A stretch of 63,690 nt of DNA, counting the filler, from Guillardia theta CCMP2712 (Eukaryota > Protista > Cryptophyta), in the NCBI RefSeq assembly GCF_000315625.1. It is 4 parts of 4 records of this genome, joined end to end, with 100 filler letters (N's around TTAATTAATTAA, not from the genome) between each part and the next. Parts side by side here need not be neighbours in the genome. Positions count along the whole stretch, not along the records: positions 1 to 25,384 come from NW_005434450.1; 3 more parts are not named here. One strand, 5' to 3'. The stretch's first letter is position 1. Each line of letters opens with the position of its first letter. Below, piece after piece: positions 1 to 20,319 of the stretch. The position numbers and the translations under genes are program-made. The notes under the pieces were generated by a model. The model did not search any database, was not told where the DNA came from, and was given only the letters and a program-made list of their open reading frames with translations.

Positions 1-37
1 GTTGTCCCCTAGCAAGAGTACTTCTTCGCTGCGCTCC

Positions 38-499
38 TCAGTTCCTTGCCGAATCCGTCATCATGCTGACCATCTCGTACTCCTCGTCTGAGCTCGCAAG
101 CCTCTCGTCCACCAGCTCGAAGTCTGTGGACGAGGCTCCCGACACGCTGGCTCCTCCTAGCAGCGGCGGCCAGCAGTGAGACGAAGCGTCGAACTCAGTT
201 GCCCGACCGAGAAACTCTTGCTTCTTTGAAGAGGCCTCATAGTGAGAAGCAACGATGAGGAGCTTGGTGTCTGTCTTGGGTCGGTAGCGCTCGAAGTCTG
301 GGAGATGCCACACGTTCTCGATCTCCTCTGCTAGCAACGAGTGCCCACACAAGAGACCGCGTCTCAACGACCTGCGAGAAGTGAAAGGAAAAGAGCAGGA
401 GCAGGAGGAGCAGGAGGAGGAGCAGGAGGAGCAGGAGGAGGAGGCGGCGGAGGTGGTGGAGGCAGAGGCAGAGGCGGTACGTGGGCGCGTCAGGTGCAT
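38..499 (-). CDS. Small hypothetical protein (probably spliced)
   Basis: The protein-like 3' exon ...EEIENVWHLPDFERYRPKTDTKLL...DSARN* ends at 38. A possible first exon MHLTRP (ATG at 499) is followed by GT and a CTC-rich intron. Confidence 0.3.
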   Translation of the reverse strand: MHLTRPRTASASASTTSAASSSCSSCSSSCSSCSCSFPFTSRRSLRRGLLCGHSLLAEEIENVWHLPDFERYRPKTDTKLLIVASHYEASSKKQEFLGRATEFDASSHCWPPLLGGASVSGASSTDFELVDERLASSDEEYEMVSMMTDSARN

Positions 500-977
500 G
501 GGGAGGTTTGGTGCTACTCCAGTCGGGGCAACATCTTTTATGCCCTGGATTTGGGGGGCGAGGGAAGGTGAGGGGTAGAGGGTCCTACCCAAGGGGTGGG
601 GGGTTACACCCTGTCTGGTATTACCTAATATAATTCGTAGGGTACTGGGAAATAGGGGGGTATTTTTAGAATCAGGGTACTGAATGAGGTGCTTTGTGGG
701 GTATTTTTGAAGTATACCTGCCGGGTCAAATAGATTCGTGCCGATATTTACATGGGTAGGGGTAGTGACGGAGGGGTCTGGAGTTGATGGGACAAGGTGT
801 GGTGTCAGACTGAGGGGGTGGGTAAGCCTGCAGGGTTCATCAACTGGTGGTGGACATGAAGGGGGTGGGGCGCGAGGTGTAGGTAAGAATGAGGGTTAAA
901 GGGTGGGTAATACGATCATAAATAGGGGGTGGGGTATTCAGATGTTGCTGAGTGGGGGAGGGTGGTGGTTGTTCAGT

Positions 978-2476
<1,499 letters not shown>

Positions 2477-2723
2477 TCATCCCAGCGATAGCACACCTTG
2501 TGTACATTTTATCTCGGAAATTTGTTTCTTGTTTGTATTCCTAGCAATCTTCTGAATGAGTGTTGAAGTTTCAATGCTAGATGTTCCTTCCTACTGTACA
2601 CCATCCCTCTCGCATTTTTCATCTCACCATACTCCTTGCACGTCAACGTTGAGGTGAAAACCTCTGAAGACATGCTCCTCTCGACAGTCACCGTTATTTT
2701 CGTCTTATAGTCGCCGCCACCAT

Positions 2724-3427
2724 CTACATGGGCTTGAAAGGAACAGCTGAGAACGTGTCTGACCACCTGCGAAGGTGCGAGTCAGCAATAGCGCTGTGAA
2801 CGCGAGCTCTACGTCACCTCTTGAACTCAGGATGGTAGTCAAAGTGTTCCATCAAAAGCTTCAGACCATCTGCATGCTTGACTTTGGCGTTCTTGTAGAG
2901 AACATCCATCTGCTTCATAAACTCGTCGTACTTTGCAACAAAAGGGCCGAACTCTTTGTCGTAGTGCGCCGCCCATTCCTGGTTCTGAACGATCCTCTTC
3001 TTTAGGAATTCTTTCCTCTGCTTTAGTCTCAGAATTTCCCCTTCGTAATCCTCTATTCCCTTCTCGTCTGCTTTGATTTCTGTCCCAAGGAAAGGAGGGC
3101 GTTACTGACTCTCACTCAGACTGGCAAATCAAACACACAAAGACATTAACAACAGGGTACGCAGAACAATTTTATGGTCTTCAACCATCACTCATCGAGG
3201 CTTATAGCGTCTCATCCACAGATCGATGCAACAAATCACGCGATGCACGCCTTCTTACCTCCTAGTAGATGGTCTGACCTGATCTTGAAGTTCTCCATGA
3301 TCTTCACAGAGAACGCGCAGTTCGTCTTCAGCTCATGGCTCTTCGCCAAGAAGTCTATCCGCTCGTGTGCTCCCGCTCCCCCTCCTCTTCCTCTTCCTGC
3401 TGCCCCCGTGTTCCCCCTCGACGCCAT
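2724..3427 (-). CDS. Hypothetical coiled-coil protein, spliced
   Basis: Exons read MASRGNTG...MENFKI / EIKADEKGIEDYEGEILRLKQRKEFLKKRIVQNQEWAAHYDKEFGPFVAKYDEFMKQMDVLYKNAKVKHADGLKLLMEHFDYHPEFKR / WSDTFSAVPFKPM*, with GT-AG borders. One internal exon is unresolved. Confidence 0.65.
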
Positions 3428-3456
3428 GCCGTGGAGTAAAAAGAACAACGGAAAGA

Positions 3457-3495
3457 CCCGGATACTCCCGGATACTCCCGGATACTCCCGGATAC
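3457..3495. repeat. 10-bp tandem repeat (CCCGGATACT)x4, just upstream of the 3427 start codon
   Basis: Seen directly. Confidence 0.85.
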
Positions 3496-4033
3496 CGTAG
3501 TACTAGTCCGATCACCGTCGCCGCCGCCCGGCCGCCGGCCGGGTGCGGCGGCCGACTCCGCCGGAGTCCGGGAGTCCGACTGGCACTGAGTCCCCGGGAG
3601 TCCCGGATGCGGCCGGGCCGGGCCCGGGGGAGGGCGGACTGACTCAGTCCCGGTATGCCCACACGGACTCGAGTCTTCGGGGCACTGCCTGCCGCAGCCC
3701 GGATCGGACGGTCCATCGGAGTAGACGGGCGAGCCGCGCTGAGCCTCGGACCTGGTCCGGGCTGAGTGCGACACCGGGCCCTCGCTGAGTCATCATGGCA
3801 TGGCTGAGAGATGACGCGGCCCCGGACGGTCAGACCGTGACGGCCGCGCGGCAGGCTGACGGCGACCGTGGGGAGCCGGCCTCGGGCGGCGTTGCCGAGT
3901 CGCCCGCCGCCGGTATCCCGGGCAGCCAGGGCCTGAGCGCCGGCGCTCCGATGAATGCCACAGTGAACTTATCAGTATTGACGGTCTTCATTTGCAGTGT
4001 TTGAACGAGGGCTAAGTGAGAGGAACAAGTGTA

Positions 4034-5779
<1,746 letters not shown>

Positions 5780-6397
5780 GTTGGCACAGTCGCTACTCTA
5801 GATGTTCCTGCGTGAAATACGTCAGCGCCACATTTCGGTACGTCATTGTTGTTTGTCTACATCAACTGAGATCTGGCAGAGAAATCTTTAATCTCACAAC
5901 CGCTATGCAAGTTGGACATTTCTTGTGGATCAAACGCTCGAAACCCAACAACGGGTACGAGAATATCGACATTCGACTAAAAAGCTTCGTCGATCCTTCA
6001 TGAAACAAGTCTTCCTACTCCAGCTACCATCAACTTCCTATCCTCTTCTCCTCCCTTCGAACTCCTCTCCTCCTCCTCCCCCTCCCCCTCCCCCCTATCT
6101 CCTCCTCCCCTCTTGCCCCCCCTCCCTCGTCACCATTGAGCTCATACCGCACACCTCACCCACCCCAAGAAGGAGGCAGAAAGCAGGGGTGGGTGGTAGG
6201 TCGTTTGGGGTCAAGGTTTGATGAGCAACATGGACCCCTCATCTGATTACCCTACCCCCAATTACAAGATGAAAATGGTCTATACACCCCATTTTTGACC
6301 TGAATTTCGTAGACTTTTGGGAGGTACATTAAGTACCCCACCATATTTTTATGACACCTAGTGAGAGGTACCCCCTTGACTTGACCCGCCGGGCGAC

Positions 6398-9300
6398 ATG
6401 GCGTCAGGTACAGGCTCAGGAGGGACTGACGCTACTAGGCTAGTGAGCTGATAGCTTGAGAAGGGAGGAGAGGAGAGGAGAGGAGAGGAGAGGAGAGGAG
6501 AGGAGAGGAAGACTAAGAGATAGAGGAATTGATGATCGCAGAGAGGAGGAGAGCCGGCCTGGGAACTTGGGGAGGGGGCGCCGGGTCCGGGCGGCAAGAG
6601 GTTGCAGTGGGTCGTCGAGCGTCATCTCGCAGTCAGTGAAATGATCAGCCACTACGAGCCGGTCTGTGCGGGTAGCGCTCCTGGTACTGGCTGACTGAGA
6701 CCAGGGTGGGTTGAAATCCATGGAGAAAGGAAGCACAGAGGGCAGGGCTCTGATGTTGCTGATACAAGAGAAGTGAGATCGACGGAGGTAGCAAGTTTTA
6801 TGGTTTCAAATGTTCAAGGAACCGGTGAGATGAGCAGTGTGAGGGAAGAAGCAGCTAGAAGAGCCGTAGCTGCTGAGATAGCGCTATACTGTCAGGAGAC
6901 AAGCAACTGTCTGACAGAAGACTGTGTCTGCCGTAGTCGATACAGACTGACTGTGCTTGGCAGGATACTCGGAGGGTGAGGGGGGCGATCGGAACGGGTA
7001 CCGTTACTCGGACCAATACTCTGACGGGTGATCCATACATTTTGACCTGCCGCCTTCGATGTGAAACACCATGGCAGGAACTCATACGACAGTGAAGCCG
7101 AATCCCTGATATCCGAGGTGACTTGGCTACTTGTGCATGGCGTGAACAGTGTCTGACGTCGCGGCCGCAAGGAACATGTTGGTGTCGCCAACAGGAAGGT
7201 GTTTGAGAACCCTGGACTCCAGCAGCAGAACTTGCCTCCCAGACCGAGAGTTGACATAGACTGGAGCGGAGTTGGAAATCAGGTGCACAACCTGATGTCC
7301 CAATCCAACCATCTCAATGTGTAGCTGAAAATTGCTATAGATGCGGCAGCTGCCACAGCACCAACATCAAACGACCCAGCAGCAGCAGCAGCAGCAGCAG
7401 CAGCGTCAAATGCAGCAGCAGCAGCAGCATCAGCATCAGCAGCATCAGCAGCAGCAGCAGCAGCAGCAGCATACCCATGGACACAACATGCTGGACGAAC
7501 TTGTCCGGATGACCAACCAGACGAAGCTCGGAGGGGCGAGCACGAACGGGAACTTTGGTCTGGTCCTTGCCCAGATAGACAGCAGGATCATAGTGATCGG
7601 GATGGCCCCGAGCATGCCGGCGAAGATGTCTGGGCTGATTCAAATCAACGACGAGATAACCGACATAGACGGTTACAACTTGCAGAGGATCCTCGAAGGG
7701 GCAGAGAACGAAGTGCTCGCTGCAGACAACGAGGCTGCATGGCTACGTGGGGTCTCCTACCAGGACATTCTCCGCAAGCTGGATGATTCAGACGCCGACT
7801 CACGCCTCCTCTCTCTCTGCCGCAATCTGCTGCGGTCGGCTGGACGCTCGGTAAGGCTGACGATCCGCCGGCAAGTGTTCGACGCGAGGAAGCAGGTCGG
7901 GGTTGGGCTCCTGCTCAACATCACCAACAACGGCGTCTTCGTCGTCGGGCTCGCGCCCAAGGGGTCAGCGGAGCGGGAGGGATCGATCGCGGTCGGGGAC
8001 CAGGTCCTTGCCATCGGCGACAGAGTGCTGGAGGGGCTGACGACGGAGAACCTCGTACAGCTCATAGTAGGACCCCAGGGCTCAGGATTATCGCTGACTT
8101 GCAGGAAGGCTGCCATGAACTCGACCGCCATGGCTGACGGCGGCTCCCTCCCCCAGGGGAAGATCTTCCGAGTAAGGCTCCTCCGGGGGACCGAGGACTA
8201 CTTCGCTCGACTCGAGAGGATGGTCAAGGACGCGACAGCGAAGCGGCATGAGCTTGCTGGGAGTCAGCTGGGGGTGCTGGTGAAGACGAGCTACAAGGAG
8301 CTCGTGGAGGCGGCAGAGAAGCATTCCAACCATGCAGATTGGCTGCAGGTGGACTTGAACCTGTTCATGCGCGGCATGTCCAGCACCGGACCGGGCAAGA
8401 GCCCAGTGGAGGAGGAGCGAGCTCTGCATCGAGAGCTGGCGGAGCAGGCGAACTTTCTTAAGGGGAAGCTCGCAGAGTCCAACAGGCTGCTGGAGATCAG
8501 GAGGGCGGAGCTGCAGGAGCTGCAGGCTCAAGGGCCCCCGGTCGAGGTGGACAGCAGCCCGATCGAGCCGCTCCTGGTGGAAGTGAAGTCAGTGATCGAC
8601 CAGCTGATTGCGCTGGACCAGGAGGTGACGAGCTGCGAGGAGAGGATCGCAGACGTGGAGAAGGACAGGATGAGGATCGCTGCTGAGAGCGACGCGGAGA
8701 GGCTGGAGAAGGAGAAGCTGGCGGGGCAGTTGAGGGAGAGGCAGTCGCATCTGAGCTCGCAGGAGGGGAACGCCGCGAGGACGCGGCAGCAGTGGGAACA
8801 GGAGCGACAGGACCTCATTGGGGAGGCCTTGCGCATCCGGCAGTCTCGCATCCACACGGAGAGGGTGCTGCAGGAGACGAAGACAGTGCTGAAGGAGCTC
8901 ACAAGCGAGCTAGAGGAGATCATCTACAGAGTCACCATGAACGAGAGGAAGCTCAGCAAGGTCCATGCTGGGGTCTCCCGGGCCCACTTGCTCTCCCAGG
9001 AGGTGTCCAGGGACATGGAGGAGCAGCTCCGGTCGGACGGCGGGCTCTCTGACTACGTTCACGACGGCATGCTGCAGCAGAGTGCGTACAGGAGGTATGG
9101 AGCAGGAGGATACGACGACCTCTCTGCGCTCCCCCGGCCTCCTCGCCATGCCAACGAGATGTTCAGGAGCACTTCTGCTCTAGAGATGAAGGTTGGTGGC
9201 GTTGCGTCCTGCATTGTTGTAGTATCCTCCTTGTCATCCCTCTTGTCATCCCCACTCCTCCTCCTCCTCTCCTCCTCTCCTCCTCCTCTCCTCCTCCTCC

Positions 9301-10022
9301 TCCTCATACACTCATGCCTTCTTCCCCTCCCCCTCATTGTCATGTGATCCTCGGTGACCTTGACGTTGCAGATGGCTCCTCATGCCAGGAGGATGAACAA
9401 TTCTACTTCGGTCATGCCAGGTTGCTCCCTCGCTATCCTTAGCTACTTCCTCTCTCCTCTCTGGTGCTCCTCATCTCTGTCATCTCCTCCTCCTCCTCCT
9501 CCTTTCTCTGCTCTCCTGCACCGCTCTCCCCTCCTCCTCCTCCTCCTCCTCCTCCTCCCCATGCCTTTCTTCCTGCTGCTTCTCACTTCTCACTTCTCAC
9601 TTCTCACGCCCAGAGCTACCGCACATGGACTCCGGGCTCTTCCATCTTTCCGGTCACAGCTTTCCCATCCCAAGCCAGCCAGTCCAACAGGGAGCTGGGA
9701 ACCTCGACAGGCTTGCGAGGACTCAGGCGAGGGAGGAGGAGGGAGGGGGCCTGATGAAGCACGTGGGACCGGAGGACTACAACCATGCACACCTGATGGA
9801 CTCGATTCTGAGGGAAACGATGCCAAGGGGGGAGGACAGGGAGGACAAGAACAACAGGGGTGGCACCCGCGACACAGCAAGGTGACAAGTCCCTGCGCTG
9901 TGCTGGGGTGGGTGCTGACCGTGCTGGTGCCCAGCAGCAGCCATGGGAATCAGGAGGAGAGGATGCGGAGGATCACTGCGCTAGAGGAGGAGGTGAAGAG
10001 GATACAAGCATCGCTGAGTTAA
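6398..10022 (+). CDS. Protein with two PDZ domains and a long coiled coil (multi-exon; 5' exons approximate)
   Basis: The main exon (7341-9191) has polyQ, PDZ1 (GNFGLVLAQIDSRIIVIGMAPSMPAKMSGLIQINDEITDIDG), PDZ2 (VGVGLLLNITNNGVFVVGLAPKGSAEREGSIAVGDQVLAIGD...IVGPQGSGLSLT) and a heptad-rich E/R/L region. The last exon ends EEEVKRIQASLS* at 10022. Confidence 0.8.
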
Positions 10023-11389
10023 ACTCGTGGGGCTCGAGTCGAGCGGGGCCTGTAGTCACTTGGCCCGGGCCCCCGGGTTGTTCAAGTCCGACGGTCCGAG
10101 TCGCTCGGGCCCAGACTCCCACCGTGACCTATCCTCTCAGGCTAACTTTCCTACTAGGCTCAGTCTCACTTACTCATACAACTCCGGAAAGCTTGTTCGA
10201 GTCGACCGTACTGGAGTCACTTCACTTTGAGTCACTAAAGGCTTCCGGCCTCACTCCGGCCGGGCCCCGTGTTGAAGTTCCCAGTACCCTTCTCTCCCCA
10301 GACGGTGACACAATGACAGTGACACCCGAAGTAGACAGTGATAGCACCGACTGCAAGTTTCTGTAGCAGTCACCGGGTAATAGTTATCACTGACCAATGG
10401 CCGCGCAGGAATGATATCAGGATACAGAGAACAAACGGAGGTGATAAGAGATTGGTATAGATGGTCAAGCTTGTTTACTTCAAGCAATCCAGTCTCACAG
10501 AGACCATACACCTCGTTCTCCTTTCCCTGTCCTGCAAATGCGAGCGGCCCTTCCTTCCTCTTCGTCGGTCCCTAAAATAGGGACTGCCTGGTCCTAGGAA
10601 CTACCACTACCGGTACTCTATGCTTTATCTGCGATATGATTCTTCGACCGGTCCGAGGCCTGGTTCCGTAACTTGAGGGTTCCCTGAGAAAGAGTCATAG
10701 GCTTGACATGACGAGGTCTTCGATTCCCATCCAACGCTCTCTGTGAAGTTGATATAGCTGCTCCCTTGACCTTGACAGGTCCTGTGTCTCCGCTAGAGTC
10801 ATGCTTGGAGGTGGTCTCGTGCATTCCTTGTAAGTCCTCCGCTAAGATGATCATGATAGTACTGTCTTCTTTGATCAGACCCCTTGTTCTCCCATGTCCA
10901 TGACTTCAGGGGTGATACTTCCAATCTCCCCTTGAGCGTAGTCATATCCTGCCACCGTGTCATCTGCTGTCCTGTCGTGGACTGATATAAGCTGACTCGC
11001 TTATCTCCTGCTGCCATCCGCGAGTCCTAGGTTCTTGCTGTCTTCTTCATGATTCTCCTACGTCGTCCTTATTGTAGCTGTTGCTGTCCTCTCCAGGGGT
11101 GCATTCCGAGGCTAAGCATCTGTGTACTTGAGCCACGTCGATTGCTTGGCATTGTCTGAGGTGAAGCTTGCTCCTATCAGGTGCTTCAACACCCCGGTCC
11201 TCCGGGACTCGGGACAGGCTGACTCATCCGAGTGCCTTTTCTTTACTCAAAGCCAGTTAAGTTAAAGATCAGTACGAGAGTGCTGAGGGCTTGTCCCAGC
11301 CCCCGTAAAACAAAAAAAATCTTGAGAGGGTAGGGTACCTGCATTGGGATTCCTAGGGGTAGGGGTAGTATGCAGTGCTTTGGGGGCGC

Positions 11390-16607
<5,218 letters not shown>

Positions 16608-17381
16608 GGATCAGATCAGGCCCTAGGACTCCTGCCCCGGGGGCCCGCCGGACTCGCCGAGTCTCTCAGTGACCAGCCTCATTCAGGGCCGCAGGCTTCC
16701 CGGAAACTATTGCGACTCAGTCGGACGGTCACAGTGGCAGTCTAGCTCAGTGACGGTCATCGTCAAGGCTTTTTACGGTCGACGGTCGGCAGAGGCGGCC
16801 CGGTGACTCGCGGACTCAGTGTCGGCCCGCCGGCCCCGGGCGACCCGGGCACACTGTTGTGAACTGGTATAATTATCTATAAATTTATAACATTTTCTCA
16901 TAATGCCCTACGGGTCGCGCTTAGGTGGATGAGGGGTGTAAAGTCTGGGGCTGGAGGGGTGGGGGTTCTCCAGTACCCCCTGTAACGATACATTCCCTCT
17001 AGCTTCATTCTGAGACAAGAGGGGGTAGGGGTACATGATGGAAGGTTCCAGGCTCTTGAGCAAGGGTGGGTCATTGTGGGCACTGGAAACGGGGGGGGTG
17101 CAGTGTGTAGAAGGGGGTAAAGATGGCGGACAAGGGGGGGTGGTAACGGTGAGGATCCTTTGAATGAAGGGGTAGTGGTGGGGCAAAACCTCTACAGCCA
17201 TAAGTAGGGTGGGTACATTAATAATAAAGGGGTCATTTTATATCAACGAAGGGGGTCCAAATGAGTATTCATAGGGGTAGGGGTCAATGACACCGGTGTT
17301 GATCCCTGTGAATTGAAGGGGTAGGGTAGGGGGTAGGGGTGGTTTAGCTGCTCCGGTCGCGAAATTGTTTCAAGTTTCGCC

Positions 17382-19375
17382 ATGCGCGTTCCCCTCCTGC
17401 TTGCCGCCGGCGCCGCCGCATGCTCAGCGTTCGCTCCTGCTGTGCCATCCGGGTATGTGAGGGATCAATTAAGAGATCCTTCCCTTTGTTCCTCCCTGCT
17501 TGATATCCATGGCCTGTGCCCATGTTCATACATGCACCATCGTCCTCCTTTCAATGCTACGTTTAACAACTGTGTCACATGCTTCTCCCTCTTCTTCTCC
17601 TTCCTCATATATCCTTGTATTTAAACTACTTTGCTCTCCCATGAATTTCGTCGGCCCTGTCATGTGTGCCATGCTGTTTGCATTCATGTTCTTGTGCTTT
17701 CGTAGCTCCAACAATAATGTCGGGTAGAGTGGAAATTGAAGCAAGGGATGATGGAGCTGCGCTTGCCGGTGGATCACATCGCTTGTTGAGGGAGCATTGT
17801 TTTCGTTTCAACAGCCTTCAACCCTGAAGCGAAAGGGGGGATGGGGCTAGGGGGAGAGAGGAGGGTAGCGCAGGCAAGAGTATAGGATACGAGTTTCTGA
17901 GGTCATGTGTTTGAAAGCTTTCCCCAATCCCTCCAAGTACTGTGACAGGGGAAATTCCTCATAGATGAAGTCAGGCTTCATTAGATAGAAGCAGCACTGT
18001 GCACATGATAGGAATGATCTCTCGACTGATGCTGCTGATCGTATGTTGGGAACTTTGATATGATGGCCTTTTCTCCATGCCTTCCTCCTTGCTCGTCCCT
18101 AGAAGGATTCCTATCGTCGTGCTCACGAATTTCTTCACAGCACTGGGCTCACCTCCCTCAAGATGGCCCAGGCTGCTCCTCCTGCCAAGCTTCCCGTAAG
18201 TTGCCTCTGACTCAGCGGATGAGCTGTTGACAGTTAATCGCAGCTCCCTAAGGCTAAGGTCAACGCCTTGGAGGTCAACAAGAAGCAGTGGGGAATCGAG
18301 GGAGCTCCTGCTGTACGACTCCATCCTCCCTCCTACTCTTCCCAGCTGACCCTCTCCTGTAGGCTTCGGCTGCTGCCCCTGCGCCCAAGGCTGCTCCTAA
18401 GAAGGTCATTGTGAAGTTGTGAGGGGTTGGCCCGATGCTGACTCTCTCCTTCCAGGCTGCTGCCAAGGCTGCGGCTGCTGGCAGCGACAGCTCCATGGGC
18501 TTCACCGGAGTCCCCAACGACTTCTTCCGCCCTGGACAGTCTGCCTTTGCTGCCGAGCCAGCTACCCAGACCGTGAGCTTGCACGCCGCACCTCCTGTCT
18601 TTTTCTAACATTGAACTCCAGTTCCTTGGCATGCGTGGACCCCGCGCTGAAGGCCACAGGGAGAAGTTCGGCGGAAAGCACGTAAGAGGATCGCATGCCT
18701 CCTGACAGGCTTGTTCTCATGCTGCCGCAGGCCGCTGTTAGCTTGGCCATGGCTGCCCTCCTCTTCCAGCCCATCTCCCAGGCTGGCATGTACTCCATGG
18801 AGGGAGGCTCCCTCTCCAAGCAGTCCTTCTCTAACCTCGAGGTCACCACTCCTCCCAGCTCCCGTCCTCCCTTGCTAACGGCTGCGGTCAGGTGCCCGGA
18901 TTTGGCAACGTGAAGAAGGTTCCCACCATCGAGTCCTTCTTCCCCTTCTCCAAGGCCGGCTTCGAGGCCTCCCCCGTGCTCTTCTCCAAGAACTCCATGG
19001 TCGTCGTGGAGGACCCCCGCGCTGGATGTGGCGCCATGTACTCCGATGGTCTGCTCCTGTCATCCCCCCGGGCGACATACTGACGTCACTGCACAGGTGC
19101 TTGCCACACCTTCCTTGACGAGATGTCCGATCTCCTCAAGAAGAAGCCCGAGACCCTTCCTCGCTCCGAGGTAAGAGCTTGCCTCGCCTCCTCCTCTCCT
19201 TCCTGTGTTTCTACCCCCGAACGCTCTTGTCTTGTCTCCGTCATCCCTGCTCCCTTCTCCTCCTGTTGTTCACCTTCATCGAATACCCTTGTGCTCATAC
19301 TGCAACCTTCAGGGCAAGCCCCTCTACTTCACCCAGTGGTCCTACGATCACGCTGCCTGGAACGCCAAGAAGTAA
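17382..19375 (+). CDS. Plastid-targeted single-TM protein, tentatively a cryptophyte photosystem-antenna linker (ACPI-S / CCPII-S, also called Psb-gamma)
   Basis: Ten phase-consistent GT-AG exons (17382-17452, 18141-18195, 18244-18312, 18363-18404, 18456-18572, 18622-18681, 18731-18841, 18892-19048, 19097-19170, 19313-19375) give 272 aa. It has the presequence [19 protein letters not shown], an Ala/Pro/Lys linker, one hydrophobic helix ([21 protein letters not shown]) and the C-terminus [18 protein letters not shown]...[13 protein letters not shown]. Codon use is strongly C-ending. The family call is from memory of size and topology. Confidence 0.6.
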
Positions 19376-19458
19376 AGGAGTGCAAACATTTATTTAGTTA
19401 TTGTTGTCGGTAAATCGTGTTGGTCTGCACTTCTGCACAGCAGATGTCTCTCGCTGCT

Positions 19459-20319
19459 CTACTGCTCCTGCTTGAACACATGAGTCTCCAACAACTTTCC
19501 TCCCACCGGAGTGACAGCGTTGGCCGCTGCTTGCGTGTGCTTCCTGAAGTTGTCGAACCAGTTGCTCTCTCCCTTGCGGTCCAGAGCGTCTGAGGTGGCC
19601 ATCCACGCCCCCATGAGGGCGGCATGGCCGCATAGGACGAGGTGGCCGGGCGATGCCTTGGATGTGGGGCCTTTGGGGGCAACCTGAGCGAGGGTGAGAG
19701 GGCGAGTGCGAGGAGCTCGACTGACCTCGTTGCTCATCATGGCAGGTACAGCAAGAGCTTCAGTCGTACCGCCGACCTGGTGCCATGCAGCGGAAGGCAT
19801 CAGCCCGCGCACGTCGGGCGTTACTTGAGTGTTGCAGTCAGGAGGATTCCAGGTAACGTTCCATCCTGGCATGGGGTCGCAGATGCCGGGGTATGCAGTG
19901 TCGTAGCTCTCCGTAACCAGCGACTGAGTACCTCCTGCTTGGTGCCATGCAGCGGAAGGCATCAGCCCGCGCACGTCGGGCGTTACTTGAGTGTTGCAGT
20001 CAGGAGGATTCCAGGTGACGTTCCATCCTGGCATGGGGTCGCAGATGCCGGGGTATGCAGTGTCGTAGCTCTCCGCCAGTTGGACGGGGCCTGAAGTCAG
20101 TCTGTCATCGACACAGATCGTCACATGCGCTCTCACCATTGTGAAACATAGCTCCAAGATGTGTAAGTTCAAACATCTGCCAACAATCAGCACATGGCAT
20201 CTCAAGCTCGAAGGAACGTCGACATTCCAGGTCGACCCTTTGTCACTTACTCCCCCCTCACTCTCACGCAGTCCCAGTCCCCCACCCTCATGTCCCAACT
20301 CTGCGAAAAAAACCTTCAC
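19459..20319 (-). CDS. Hypothetical protein with an internal 54-aa duplication (5' exons unresolved)
   Basis: The ORF carries two copies of ESYDTAYPGICDPMPGWNVTWNPPDCNTQVTPDVRGLMPSAAWHQ, 162 bp apart. Confidence 0.6.
   Translation of the reverse strand: MKVFFAELGHEGGGLGLRESEGGVSDKGSTWNVDVPSSLRCHVLIVGRCLNLHILELCFTMVRAHVTICVDDRLTSGPVQLAESYDTAYPGICDPMPGWNVTWNPPDCNTQVTPDVRGLMPSAAWHQAGGTQSLVTESYDTAYPGICDPMPGWNVTWNPPDCNTQVTPDVRGLMPSAAWHQVGGTTEALAVPAMMSNEVSRAPRTRPLTLAQVAPKGPTSKASPGHLVLCGHAALMGAWMATSDALDRKGESNWFDNFRKHTQAAANAVTPVGGKLLETHVFKQEQ

Noticed and set aside
16735-16790. tRNA-like TAGCTCAGT box (also near 59373)
   Set aside because: No B box or cloverleaf follows. The second instance coincides with a splice acceptor.
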